From: Octopus bimaculoides
Taxonomy: Eukaryota
Reading direction: 5' to 3'
Assembly: GCF_001194135.2 (NCBI RefSeq)
Contig: NC_069003.1
Span: 17,443,973 to 17,507,972 of the forward strand
Length of the DNA: 64,000 nt
The notes under the pieces are model-generated. The model saw only the letters and a program-made list of their open reading frames with translations, was not told the origin of the DNA and made no database searches. Positions 26,183-37,978 of the stretch are shown here, in pieces (the first letter of the stretch is position 1; each line of letters opens with the position of its first letter). Made by a program: the position numbers and the translations under genes.

Positions 26183-26489
26183 CCTGCAACAACGTGTTGT
26201 TTAATTTCCGCGCCACACTCACCAAGTCTTTAATTATGTCACATTTTCGAACACTAGAAAACTGCCCGGATGAAATTCAATATTATTTCTTATAGAACAA
26301 AAAAGACAATCTATTATTATTATTGTTGTTGTTATTTAACTAAAATTGTAAATTACGAAACAAGAAAAAAACTAAGAATCTAATTCGCGTTGAGTATGAT
26401 TCGTATCGACGTCTTGGAATAAGAAGCTAGGCTCCAAGGTTAAATTGCGTGTAACTCCAAGCTTCTTGAGACCAGCGTCAGTGACAACT
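26183..26489. promoter_or_regulatory. Putative bidirectional promoter and 5' UTRs shared by MCM9 and ISCU
   Basis: The divergent ATGs are 307 bp apart. CpG dinucleotides appear retained here compared with the surrounding old repeats (judged by eye). Confidence 0.8.
26205..26215. promoter_or_regulatory. E2F-like element TTTCCGCGCCA
   Basis: Imperfect match to TTTSSCGC, 23 nt upstream of the MCM9 ATG. MCM genes are classic E2F targets. Confidence 0.3.
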
Positions 26490-26573
26490 ATGGCCCTGCT
26501 TCGTAACGTTGCTTATTCCCTCAGGTCATTGACTGAATCAAAGAATATTGTTGTGGCTTTATATCACAAAAAT
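26490..26573 (+). CDS. ISCU: ISCU coding exon 1 (MALLRNVAYSLRSLTESKNIVVALYHKN), mitochondrial presequence-like
   Basis: ATG, 28 codons, then a GTAAGC donor at phase 0. The start is rich in Arg, Ser and Leu, and the exon ends in the conserved LYHK. Confidence 0.92.
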
Positions 26574-27521
26574 GTAAGCTAATGTCTATTATTATTACCT
26601 TAACGTATCTCAATGTTTTGAAGAACTGAAAAACACGGAACGTTCTAAGTTTTGTTTCGCTTTGGACGAATACTTCCTGTCTTAATTTTAGATCTTAATG
26701 TTTATCTTTAAATATTTGTTATTCCGTCTACTTCGTCTCCATAATTACATGTAAAGAAAAACTAAACCAGTAATGGTCTGCATCGCCTATAAAAACCAAC
26801 ACTAACACTTCGTAAAGCCAGATAAGTTCGTGTTTCATGGAAAGTGAGATCTTATCTGCCCCTCCGGCTCTCGACCTTATATAAGTTAAGTCTCCGAAAA
26901 CAGCTTACACGCCGAGACGTCATCTTGCTTTATTCCTTAACATTTTTTAAATGAAAGTATTACATAATACCCCTAGTTATTTTACGTTGTCATTATAGAT
27001 GAGAGCTGAAATATAATGTAGTTTGGATCCTTCAGATATTTTTGCTGTTCGTTCATTTAACTAATGCGCATATATTGCATATCATCGACCAACATTAATT
27101 TGTCTCATTCAAACAGTTAATTCTGGAACACCCTGTATGGTGTGGCGTTGTTAGTTCCGTTGCTCGAGTAAAAATTAGAATCAAAGGTCTTCTCGCCGTA
27201 AACATCCCATCTTTTTGTAAAGCGTATTGTATCAAGCAATATATTATCTAAAATATATCCTTTATAGACGTGGCTGTGTGGTTGAGAAGCTTGCTTTCCA
27301 ACCATATCGCCTTCGGTTCGATGCCACTGTGCGGTACGTTGGACCGCATTGCAGTACCGTGTCAACCAAAGCCCTCGGTATTATATAATTGCCGTTACTG
27401 TGTTGATGTATAAGATAACACATACGACTTACTTATATAATAAACAAACATAAGTTCGTGTATGAAATTCGTGTCTTTTCCACTGCAATTATTACGTGTT
27501 TTCTTTTCACACTTACAGAAG

Positions 27522-27618
<97 letters not shown>

Positions 27619-27761
27619 CTTGGAGAATGGAGCAACAAATACAAGAAAAAGCATTTTCATTGGACTAGATAGCGGTTGTTTTATTATGTGGAGCTTGTGA
27701 AATGAGTCAGTGTGGAGGTTTAGGTTATGTAATGAGTCATTTTGTACATTATGTCTTTAGT

Positions 27762-27813
27762 CACTTACGTACGTTTCGATGCAGCCAGTAGTTTGGCCGA
27801 TCTCTTCAGAGTG
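27762..27813 (-). ncRNA. Minimal type I hammerhead ribozyme (Penelope-like element type), intact core
   Basis: Minus strand reads cact-CTGAAGA-gatcggcca/aactac/tggctgcatc-GAAA-C-gtac-G-TA-agtg. It has all core nucleotides, a 4-bp stem I, a 9-bp stem II with one bulge and a palindromic stem III. Confidence 0.85.
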
Positions 27814-28229
27814 TTGAAGGGTATATTCGAAGTTTGTGGTGTGCGAAATGGAGGAGAAGTAATTATTGTGGTGGTGTGATAGTGGTGATAGGTAAATAGA
27901 GCCTTACGTTTTAGTTGTTGCGTTGGTCTTCTTGTAAGGGGATAACTTTCGATGTCGCTCCCGAGAAAGAGTAAAAGTAATTACTCGATCCATGACGGGT
28001 ATTGCTGCTAGTATATCTATATATATTTGTAGATATCTATCTATCAATATATATATACACACACACACATATATATATATAATTTAAAAATGCCGATTTT
28101 TACCAATTTTTTTGGCAGATTCGTATTTTCCGTAGCCGAAAACGGGGGCGGGGTTGTGTATAAATATAAAAAATAATAAATGAAAAAAAAGGGGGGGTTT
28201 TACAAAAGGAAGTCTTGCCAAGTATATAT

Positions 28230-29820
28230 ATCATCATCATCATCGTTTAACGTTCGCTTTCCATGCTGGCATGAGTTGGACGGTTTGACTGGGGACTGGT
28301 GAGCCAGATGACTGCACCAGGCTCCAATCTGATCTGGCAAAGTTTCTACAGCTGGATGCCTTTCCTAACGCCAACCACTCCGAGAGTGTAGTGGGTGTTT
28401 TTATGTGCCACCGGCACAGGCCACTCAGGCGGTACTGTTCAACGGCCACACTCAAATGATGTTTTTACGTGCCACCTGCACAGGAGCCAGTCCAGCGGCA
28501 CTGGCAACGCCCTCGCTCGAATGTTGTTTTCCACGTACCGCCAGCACAAGTGCCAGTAATGCGGAGCTGGTAACGATCACGCTTGAATGGTGCTTTATAC
28601 GTGCCACCGGCATGGAGGCCTTTCAGCAGTCCTGGCAACTATCACGCTTGGATGGTGCTCTGACATTACACACCCAGCGGAGCACACTAGCTTTGTTCCT
28701 TGCAAGCTTATGCACCTCCTCAGCAGTCACAGCCCATGTTTCAGTGCCATGTAGCATGGCTCTTCGTACACATGCGTCATACAGTCTGCCTTTTACTCTA
28801 AGCAAGAGGCCCTTTGTCACCAGCAGAGGTAAGAGCTCTCTAAACTTTGCCCAGGCTATTCTTATTCTAGCAGCTACACTTTCAGAGCACCCACCCCACT
28901 ACTAACTTGGTCACCTAGGTAACGGAAGCTATCAACTACTTCTGGTTTTTCTCCCTGGAATGTAGCAGAAGTTGTTCTCTGCACATTTTCAGTGTTTATT
29001 GCTCCTGAGTATCTGCCACATACAAAAACTATTTTGCTAGTTAGCCTTCCTTTGATATTGCTGCACCTCTTATGTGTCCATAGCTTACACTGAGTACATC
29101 TTATAGAGTTTCTACCTACGCCTTTTCTACAGATCGAGCAGGGCCATCTATCTGAAGGGGTTTGTGGTTTGTCTGCCTTTCTACTTATTAGGACTTTGGT
29201 TTTAGCTAGGTTGACTCTAAGGCCCTTCGATTCTAATCCTTATTTCCACACCTGAAACTTCTCTAGTTCTGATAGTGAGTCAGCAATTAGAGCAAGGTCA
29301 TCAGCATAGAGGAGCTCCCAAGGGCATCCTGTCTTGAATTCTTGTGTTATTGCCTGGAGGACTATGATAAATAGGAGCGGGCTGAGGACGGAACATTCTT
29401 CACTTGTTGCCAACCCATACCTTACTGACAGCGTCCCTGTACATGGCTCACACAGCTCTCACTAAGCACTCATCTATCCTTAGTTTCCTCATTAACCACC
29501 AGATAAGGGAATGGGGGACCCTGTCAAAGGTTTTCTCCATGTCAACGAAAGCCAGGTACAGAGGTATATCTTTGGCTAGGTATTTCTCCTGCAGCTGTCT
29601 TGCCAGAAATATAGCATCAGTGGTGCTTTTCCCTGGCATGAACCCAAACTGCATCTCATCTAAACTGACTCTCTCCCTAATTAGTTGGGCTATGACCCTC
29701 TCTGTGACCTTCATTACCTGATCCAACAACTTGATATCTCTGTAATTATTTGTATCTAAAGCATCACCTTTACCTTTGTAGCAGTTGTCTATGGTGCTGC
29801 TACACTCGTCGATTGTACTA
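28230..29820 (-). mobile_element. RTE LINE fragment with tail
   Basis: Peptides MQFGFMPGKSTTDAIF, AFVDMEKTFDRV and LYADDL, with a (CAT)n tail at the left end. Confidence 0.88.
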
Positions 29821-30160
29821 ACGATTAACACCTTAGTATTATAATAACTATAGCTGTTGGCGTTATTACCACCTCATCAGACAGTAACAGTTACAAACCA
29901 CAGTGATAAATTTTGTTGATAAATAAATCAATTTTCAGATATGTACTTGCCAGACAAGTGATTTGGTTTCAGATTGTCTTGAGAGTAAAGCATTTACATG
30001 TGTAGCCATTCAAAAACTCACAAAAAGAACCGTTGGCTTAAACATTTTTTATTTGGTGTCAAAACATTTGTCACACTCTACAACCTATTCACACAGTTCT
30101 GCTGTAAATTATTTGTCATTAATCTCTATTTTATTTTTATTTATTAATTTCAATGATTAG

Positions 30161-30274
30161 GTGATTGATCATTTTGAAAATCCCCGTAATGTTGGTTCAC
30201 TTGATAAGAATGATAATAACACAGGTACAGGACTTGTTGGGGCCCCTGCTTGTGGGGATGTCATGAAATTACAG
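30161..30274 (+). CDS. ISCU: ISCU coding exon 2 (VIDHFENPRNVGSLDKNDNNTGTGLVGAPACGDVMKLQ)
   Basis: tag acceptor and GTAAGT donor, 114 nt. Contains ENPRNVG and GAPACGDVM with the first cluster-ligand Cys. Confidence 0.98.
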
Positions 30275-31049
30275 GTAAGTCTAGACTGAGTTGTTTCCCT
30301 TTGTTTTTATAATTTTTTTTCTTCTCCTTTTTATTTATTTCAATCATTGTACTGCTGCCATGTGTGACACTGCCTTGAAGGGTTTTGATTGAACGAATTG
30401 ACCACAACACTTATCCTTTTAAGTCTAGTCTCTACTTGTTGAATTACGAGAACGTAAACAACCCAACACCTGTTGTCAGACCGTGATGGGCAACAGACAC
30501 AAAGATACACACATAATGAGTTCCCATACAGTTTCTATTTACCAAATTTGCACACGCAGCTTTGGTCAGCCTTGGGTTATATTGTAGGAAACACTCACTC
30601 AAAGTGCTACACAATTGGACCGAACCTCAAACCACATAGTAACAAACCAAGCTTCTTAATCACACAACCATGTCTGTGCCTATATAATGAAACAAAATGG
30701 TTCCATGAGCATATGGGTATTTGCTGTACAAGAGGTTTTATGAAGGACATATGTGCCATTATATAAGACATTGTATGTGGCATTTTGAACCTTGTTTTGC
30801 TTTTCAGTCTCAAAATTTATGCTTTTAATATCTAATAACACTTATGGTGAAAACCTTAGGGATGAAGTCATTCAAGCAAGGTTTTATATTGTTTCTTAAA
30901 TTTATGTCACCAAAAATGTAGTTGTCCTTTTCTTCCTTTTTGTAATATTGCTTGCAGATTAGCAGAATATTATTTTAGCTAATAGCCACTGAAGCAGCTT
31001 TTGTAATGAATGTTAATTAACACACCCAACTTAATTTGGATGTGATGTT

Positions 31050-31565
31050 TATAAGGCATACCTCCACATGTGTGCCTTGGTTTTTGTTGCCTCATAACTT
31101 ACTGAAAAATAGATATTTTTCTATGAAATTTTCTACGAATATACTTAAGATAGTGTAGATTCTAATAATATCAAAATTTATTGAAAAAATTTCTCTGAGT
31201 GTGAGATGAGGTGTTTTGGAAAGTCCACACAAGTCAGCTTTGTTTCCTCATAACTTTCGGGAAAATGGTTATTTTTTAATAAAATTTTCAACAAATACCA
31301 TTCACGGTATATAAATTACGATTATATTGTTAATAGAAAGAAAATTGGTAAGTATAACACTCACATGCTGACATAAATCAGTTTCTTTACAAAATTTCAA
31401 GTTTCATTTTGTAGATATATATGATGTGTCAATATGTATGTGTACGAGCCCACCAATTTCAAAAGGTGTTTGTAGAAAATTTCATTAAAACATACCTACT
31501 TTTCTGAAAGTTACGAGGAAACAGTCATGTGGGAAGGAGGCACATGTGGAGGTAAACCGTTTATA
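31050..31565. mobile_element. Degenerate foldback element in ISCU intron 2
   Basis: TACCTCCACATGTG...AAATTTTCTAC near 31060-31140 recurs inverted near 31465-31560, with another direct copy near 31244. Confidence 0.5.
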
Positions 31566-31752
31566 ATGCATTAGGCTGCTGTAAACATTGCGAAAAATCA
31601 TTTCATGCTGACGGCAAATGCTATGAAGCATCAAAATTCTATTATCAGTTGAAATTTTCTTTGTACACTGGCAGATGGCTCTACTGTATTATGTATACTG
31701 ACGGAATTTCGTCAACAGATAATAGAATACCTTTGCTTTTAGCATTTATCAT

Positions 31753-32077
31753 CAGGGGTTGCTAAACTTTTTCGACCATTAACCTCCTTTAGCCACTTCC
31801 CCTTCCGCATCAACCACCCTCCTCATTTCAAATATCTTAATACCCTACACTACCGTACCATATCTTATTGAAGATGACACATTTTTTACATTTAAAACTA
31901 CGTGTATGAGTATACAGTATTAAATGAAGTTGTTTTCATGGTTAGAAAATGTGAAAAACGCATCATATTGCTGGAATATCTTTTATTGAAATTGACAACA
32001 TCAATGTGAAAGATGAGCATGGTGCTGACTAAGTATTTCAAGCAGTTCATCTGGGATGTCCCCTTTGGCAACCCCTG
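31753..32077. mobile_element. hAT-type MITE
   Basis: TIR CAGGGGTTGCTAAA / CAGGGGTTGCCAAA. The flanking 8-mers TTTATCAT and GTCTTCAT match at 5 of 8 positions. Confidence 0.6.
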
Positions 32078-32579
32078 GTCTTCATGGCATGACTTTTCAG
32101 GACGTCTACAGCAGTCTTTAGGCATTATTAGCCACGTATCAAAGTTGTATTGGATGTGCTAATTAATAAAAATGTTAACTGCCATAATTATGTGTAATAC
32201 GAAGTAGCTATGTGTTTCCTCTACAGCAAGATACCTGTTCCTGTCACTCTATCATACTTTTAGTCTCTCAACACCTAGCTTTAAGGTTTCTATTTCTTTA
32301 TCTTGCAAGTTTCATGGCAACTTCACTACTTCTGATGCCAAGAAAAAATCGCTCAATACACTTTATAAAGTGGTTGTTCTTAGGAAGGATATCCAACCAT
32401 CGAAACCATGCCAAAGCAGATTAAAGAGCACCTTGCAACCGTCCAAGCTTGTCAGAGCCAGCATGGAAGACGTGTTAAAGTATGATAATGATGTCAAATT
32501 AGTCTGGGGAAAAACCCATTTTTGTTTAAATATTTGTTTTTTTTTAATTATTCCTCTTGTTATAATATTTTCTCTCCAG

Positions 32580-32690
32580 ATTAAAGTTGATGATAATGGG
32601 AAAATAATCGATGCTAAATTTAAAACTTTTGGTTGCGGCTCAGCCATTGCCTCCAGTTCCCTCGCAACTGAATGGGTGAAAGGTAAATCG
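32580..32690 (+). CDS. ISCU: ISCU coding exon 3 (IKVDDNGKIIDAKFKTFGCGSAIASSSLATEWVKGKS)
   Basis: ctccag acceptor and GTGAGT donor, 111 nt. Contains FKTFGCGSAIASSS. Confidence 0.98.
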
Positions 32691-33234
32691 GTGAGTACCC
32701 ACACATTTTCTCTGCTAACAACGTTGAAGTATTTCCTTTTCCTCTTAATTTTTTTATTAGGTGGGCTACCGCTTTCAAAGGTTTCAGTGGTTTGTCTTGT
32801 ACTTCTTTCCATTGACTTCAAGTAAAGGAAAAGGCAGTTGACTCGAGTATAAAGGATGGGGGGGGGGGCATACCAAAATCTCAAGGGAGGTAATCGGCGC
32901 AATTCTGCCAGTTTTATGTTCAAACTGACCAGACCCGGCCTCTCACACCTGCCCTACGATGTCATTCTAAGAATAAACAATCAAATCATCAAAATTTCAA
33001 ATCTATGAGATAATGCATGATTAATCTAAGATAATATGAATAAACATTACATTTGACAGTAATCTGAATCCTAAAAGGTTAAATTAGTATCCCTGCATGT
33101 TAAAAGAGGCAACAAAATAGTTCAAATCCTGCTAAGTCAACTCTGCAGTCAGTAAAAATAACGTACCAGCTAAGTTTGGTATGTGGGGAGTTGGGGCAAT
33201 GAATGCAATATGTCTTCTGCCTTTTTACATTTTG

Positions 33235-34010
33235 CCCAGCATGCTAATGATTCTGCCAGCTCACCACTAACAATAGGTCAGTGTTGCCTTTCATCCTTTT
33301 TGGATCAATAAAATAAAGTATGAGTCAAGTACTGGGGTCAGTAATATCAACTAACCCCTTCTCAAAATTGCTGGCCATGTGCTTAATGAAATCACTATTA
33401 GGTGGTGGGCAGGCAGAATTTTTAACATGTTGGGTAAAATGCTTAGCAGCATCTTTTCTGTCTTTATATTCTGAGTTCAAATTCCACTGAGATCAACTTT
33501 GCCATTCATCCTTTCAGGGGTGGATAAGATGAAGCACCAGTTGAGCACTGAGGTTGATGTAGTCAACTAGCTCTTCCCCCAGATTTCAGGCCTTGTACCT
33601 ATATTAGAATGGATTATTGTTATCATTAACATGGTCAGCTGGCAAAATTATTAGCATGATGGACAAAATGCTTAGTGGCATTTCATCTGAATTCAAATTC
33701 CATCAAGGTCAACTTTGCCTTTCATCCTTTCAAGGTCAATATAATCGTCTAGTCACCTCCCGCAAAATTTCGGGCCCTGAGCCTTTGTTAGAAAGGATTA
33801 TTATCATTATTAAGGCGGGGAGCTGGCAGAATCATTAGCATTTTGTCCATCTTTATGTTCTGAGTTTGAATTCCACCAAGGTCAACGTTGCTTTCCATCC
33901 CTTCGCTGTCAATAAAATAAGTACCAGTGAAACACTAGAGTTGATATAATCAGCTAATCCCTGCCCCCAAAAATGCCAGGCCTTGTGCCTTTAGCAGAGA
34001 GGTTTATTAT
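33235..34010 (+). repeat. About four tandem copies of a SINE-like repeat
   Basis: GGCAGAAT..TTAGCA and TTTGCCTTTCATCCTTT..GGGTC..TAAAATAAGTACC repeat about every 200 bp. Other copies lie near 2040, 2250, 35420 and 41560. Confidence 0.75.
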
Positions 34011-34014
34011 TATT

Positions 34015-35380
34015 AAGCTAAACGTAGTTGATAGCTTCTGCTATCTAGGTGACCAAGTTAGTAGTGGGGGAGGGTGTGCTGAAAGTGTAGCTGCTAGAAT
34101 AAGAATAGCCTGGGCAAAGTTAAGAGAGCTCTTACATCTGCTGGTGACAAAGGGTCTCTCTCTCAGAGTAAAAGGCAGACTGTATGATTATGATGCATGT
34201 GTTCGAACAGCCATGCTACATGGCAGTGAAACATGGGCCGTGACTGCTGAGGACATGCGTAAGCTTGCAAGGAATGAAGCCAGTATGCTCTGATGGATGA
34301 GTAATGTCAGTGTTCATACTCGACAGAGTGTAAGTATCTTGAGAGAAAAGTTGAACCTAAGAAGCATCAGTTGTGGTGTGCAAGAGAGACGATTGCGCTG
34401 GTATGGTCATGTGGCGAGAATGGATGAGGATAGCTATGTGAAAAAGTGCCACACCCTTTCAGTTGAGGGAACCTGTGGAAGAGGTAGACCCAAGAAGACC
34501 TAGGATGAGGTAGTGAAGCACAACCTTTGAACATTAGGCCTCACCAAGGCAATGACTTGTGACCGAGACCTTTCTAAATATGCTGTGCGTGAGAAGACCC
34601 GGCAAGCCAAGTGAGGGCATAATCTGAAGCCTCTGCCAGGGGTGTAGCCAGCCCACTTATGTGTAGCTTTCCTTCATTGGACACTGAACTCCNNNNNNNN
34701 NNNNNNNNNNNNNNNNNNNNNNNNNNNNNNNNNNNNNNNNNNNNNNNNNNNNNNNNNNNNNNNNNNNNNNNNNNNNNNNNNNNNNNNNNNNNNNNNNNNN
34801 NNNNNNNNNNNNNNNNNNNNNNNNNNNNNNNNNNNNNNNNNNNNNNNNNNNNNNNNNNNNNNNNNNNNNNNNNNNNNNNNNNNNNNNNNCTCAGCTTGCG
34901 AAGACCTGTTGGGGCAAGTGAAAGCGAAATTGTGATGGCACCTGTACCAGTGGAGCGCTAAGAGCACCGTCCGAGCGTGATCATTGCCAGAGCAGCTGTC
35001 TGGCTTCCGTGCCAGTAGCAAGTAAATAGCACCATTTGAGCGTGATCGTTACCAGCGTCACCTTACTGGCACTTGTGCTGGTGGCACGTGAAAAGACATT
35101 CGAGCGAGGTCGTTGCCAGTGCCGCTGAACTGGCTCCTGTGCAGGTGGCATGTAAAATGCACCATTTTGAGTGTGACCGTTGCCTTTGACTGGCCTTCAT
35201 GCCAGTGGCATGTAAAAGCACCCACTACACTCTCAGAGTGGTTGGTGTTAGGAAGGGCATCCAGCTGTAGAAACTACCAAATCAGATTGGAATCTGGTGT
35301 AGCCATCTGGTTCACCAGTCCTCAGTCAAACCGTCCAACCCATGCTAGCATGGAAGGCGGGCGTTAAACGATGATGATGA
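34015..35380 (+). mobile_element. RTE LINE 3' fragment with tail (contains an N gap)
   Basis: Peptides VDSFCYLG, LHGSETW and RLRWYGHV, then a tail ending GTTAAACGATGATGAT. Confidence 0.88.
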
Positions 35381-35599
35381 TGTGGCAAGCTCGCAGACTC
35401 ATGAGCATGCCAGGCCAAATGCTTAGTGATATTTCATCCATCTTTTTTCTCAAATTCCACCATGGTCTCCTTTGCCTTTCATCCTTTCAGAGTTGATGAA
35501 ATAATTGCCAGTTGAACACTGGACTCGATTGATTTATCCCCTCCCCCAAACTTGCTGGCCTTGTGCCAAAATTTGAAATTATTATTATTATCCTCTCCT

Positions 35600-37830
35600 T
35601 ACATTCCCTCAGACGGTATAGGCACATTGAAAAGTAGGTCTGGCAAGATTGTGGGGATGCTTGAAAGGAGATGTGTTGATGTATACTGTATCCAAGAAGT
35701 TCAGGGTGGGGGAGCTTCAGCCAGGTTCCTCACAGGCAAAAGGCATAGATATAAAGTCCAAACCAGACCTACGGTGATTTAGTATTGGAACAGTGTAGCT
35801 GACAGGGTCATTAGAGCAAAGAAATAGGTTTGGAAGGACTGGAAAGTGGTAGTAGCAAGGAGCTATATCAGCTAGGAGGCAGGTGTACTTAGTCAGGGGT
35901 GAAACAGAAGGGAAGAAGTTCGCCAGTGTTTTGCAGCATGAAGACCAGCAGCTTGAAGTGCTTCAGTTTGCAAGACAGTGTGCCAGGGAAAATTTTGATG
36001 TTAGAGAGAAGTGTGTTCACATGGATAATGATTCACTTGCAGTTAGTGACTCTCTAAAGGAAGAGACTTGGAAGTGCCACTATGAAAGGCTACTAAATGT
36101 AGCAAACTCATGAGAGAAGGAGAGTCTAACTGAGGGATCAGCAATCAGAATAGACAATAACATGATAGATAAAGCCATGAAGGATATGAAGACCAGGAAA
36201 GCCCCCAGCCCATCAGGAGTCACCACTGAGATGCTTAAAATATCCTGGTGGTGTAGGTTATGGTCTAGTCACCTGTATAGTATTCAGATCGTACACAAGG
36301 GAATCATACCTAATGACTGGTATAGCAGCACCTAGTCAACTGCTACAAAGATAAAGGTGACACCTTATATAGAAATAATTACCGAGGTGTCAAACTGTTG
36401 GATCAGGCAATGAAAGTTACAGAGAGGGTGATAGCCCAACTAATTAGGAAGAGAGTTTAGATGAGATGCAGTTTGGTTTTGTGTCAAGGAGAAGCATCAC
36501 TGATGCTATATTTCTGGTAAGGCAGCTTCAGGAAAAGTACCTAGCCTAAAATAAACACCTGTACTTCGCTTTTGTGGTCAATGTGGAAATTAGGGATAGA
36601 TAAGTGGTTGGTGAGAGCTGTACAAGCTATGTACAGGGATGCTGTCAATACGATGAGGGTTGGCAACAAGTATAGCGATGAATTCAGGGTACAAGTAGGG
36701 GTTCACCAAGGATCAATCTTCAGCCCCTCTTGTCCATCATGGTCTTCCAGGCACCAACAGGAACTCAAGACAGGCTGCCTCCAGGAGCTTCTCTATGCTG
36801 ATGACCTTGTTCTCATTGCCAAAACTCTAACAGAACTAAAGAAGAAATTTCAGGGGTAGAAACAAGATCTAGAATAGAATTAATTTAACAAAGACCAGTC
36901 TTAGTAAGTAGGAAAATGGACAAATCACAAATCCCTTCAGGTAGGCAGCTCTGCTCGATCTGTTGTAAAGGCGTAGGTAGAAAATCCATAAGATGCACCC
37001 AGTGCAAGCTATGAACATATAAGAGGTGCAGCAATATCAGAGATGGGTTAATAGAGAAAATAGTCTTTTTGTGTAGCAACACAAACACTAGAAATGTCCA
37101 GAAATAGACTCCATCAAATGCCAGAGGAGATTCTAGACGTAGTTGATAGCTTCTGTTATCTAGGTCACCTAGTATAAGAACAGGCTGGGGAAAGTTCAGA
37201 GAGCTTCTCCCTCTGTTGGTAAGTAAGGGCCTTTCTGCAGAGTTAAAGGCAGATTGTATAAGACCTGTATGTGAATAACCATGCTACACAGCAGTGAAAC
37301 ATGGGATGTGACTACTGAGGATATGCATGTGCTCAAAAGAAATGAAGCTAGTATGCTTTGCTGGATGTGCAATGTCAGTTTGCATGCAAGACAATATATC
37401 ATGAGAGAAAGGTTGGGCATAAGAGGCATCAGATGTGGTGTGCAAGAGAGACAACTGCGCTGGTATGGTTATGTGATGCATATGGATGAGGGCAGCTGTA
37501 TAAAGAAATGCTGATCTCTAACTGTGAAGGGAACCTGTAGAAGAGGTAGACCCAGGAAGACATAGGACAAGGTGGTGTAGTATGATCTTCCAACATTGGG
37601 CCTCACAGAGGTGATGACAAGTGACCAAGACCTTTGGTGATGTGCCGTGCTTGAGAAGAATGATCAAGCCATGTGAAATTATAGTCATGGCCAATGCTAG
37701 TGTCACATAACTGGCATCCATTCCACTCTTGGAGTGGTTGGCGTTAGGAAGAGCATCTTGCTGTAGAAACCATTCCAAATCAGACTGGAAGTTAGTGTGT
37801 CACACCCTCTAACCCATGCCAACATGGAAA
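35600..37830 (+). mobile_element. Older degenerate RTE LINE (endonuclease remnant to RT)
   Basis: Peptides VDVYCIQEV, QVGVHQGS, LLYADDL and LHSSETW, with many stops. Confidence 0.85.
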
Positions 37831-37899
37831 GTAGACACTAAATGATTATTATTATTATTATTAACTTTCCTTTTCATGTTTCTGTTATAACACTTTTAG

Positions 37900-37978
37900 A
37901 TCACTGAAGCTGCATCCATAAAGAACAGTGAGATAGCTAAAGAACTATGTCTTCCGCCAGTAAAGCTACATTGTTCCA
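37900..37978 (+). CDS. ISCU: ISCU coding exon 4 (ITEAASIKNSEIAKELCLPPVKLHCS)
   Basis: ttttag acceptor and GTAAGT donor, 79 nt, phases 0/1. Contains the LPPVK chaperone-binding motif and HCS. Confidence 0.98.

Noticed and set aside
30161-30274. ISCU has DHF instead of DHY and NTGTG instead of NVGTG
   Set aside because: These are modest changes, and DHF occurs in other U-type scaffolds. All Cys, Asp and His ligands, LPPVK and the N-terminal YHK are intact.
32370-32825. 151-aa ORF as a single-exon gene
   Set aside because: Only 32580-32690 (ISCU exon 3) is coding. The rest is intron and repeat read-through.
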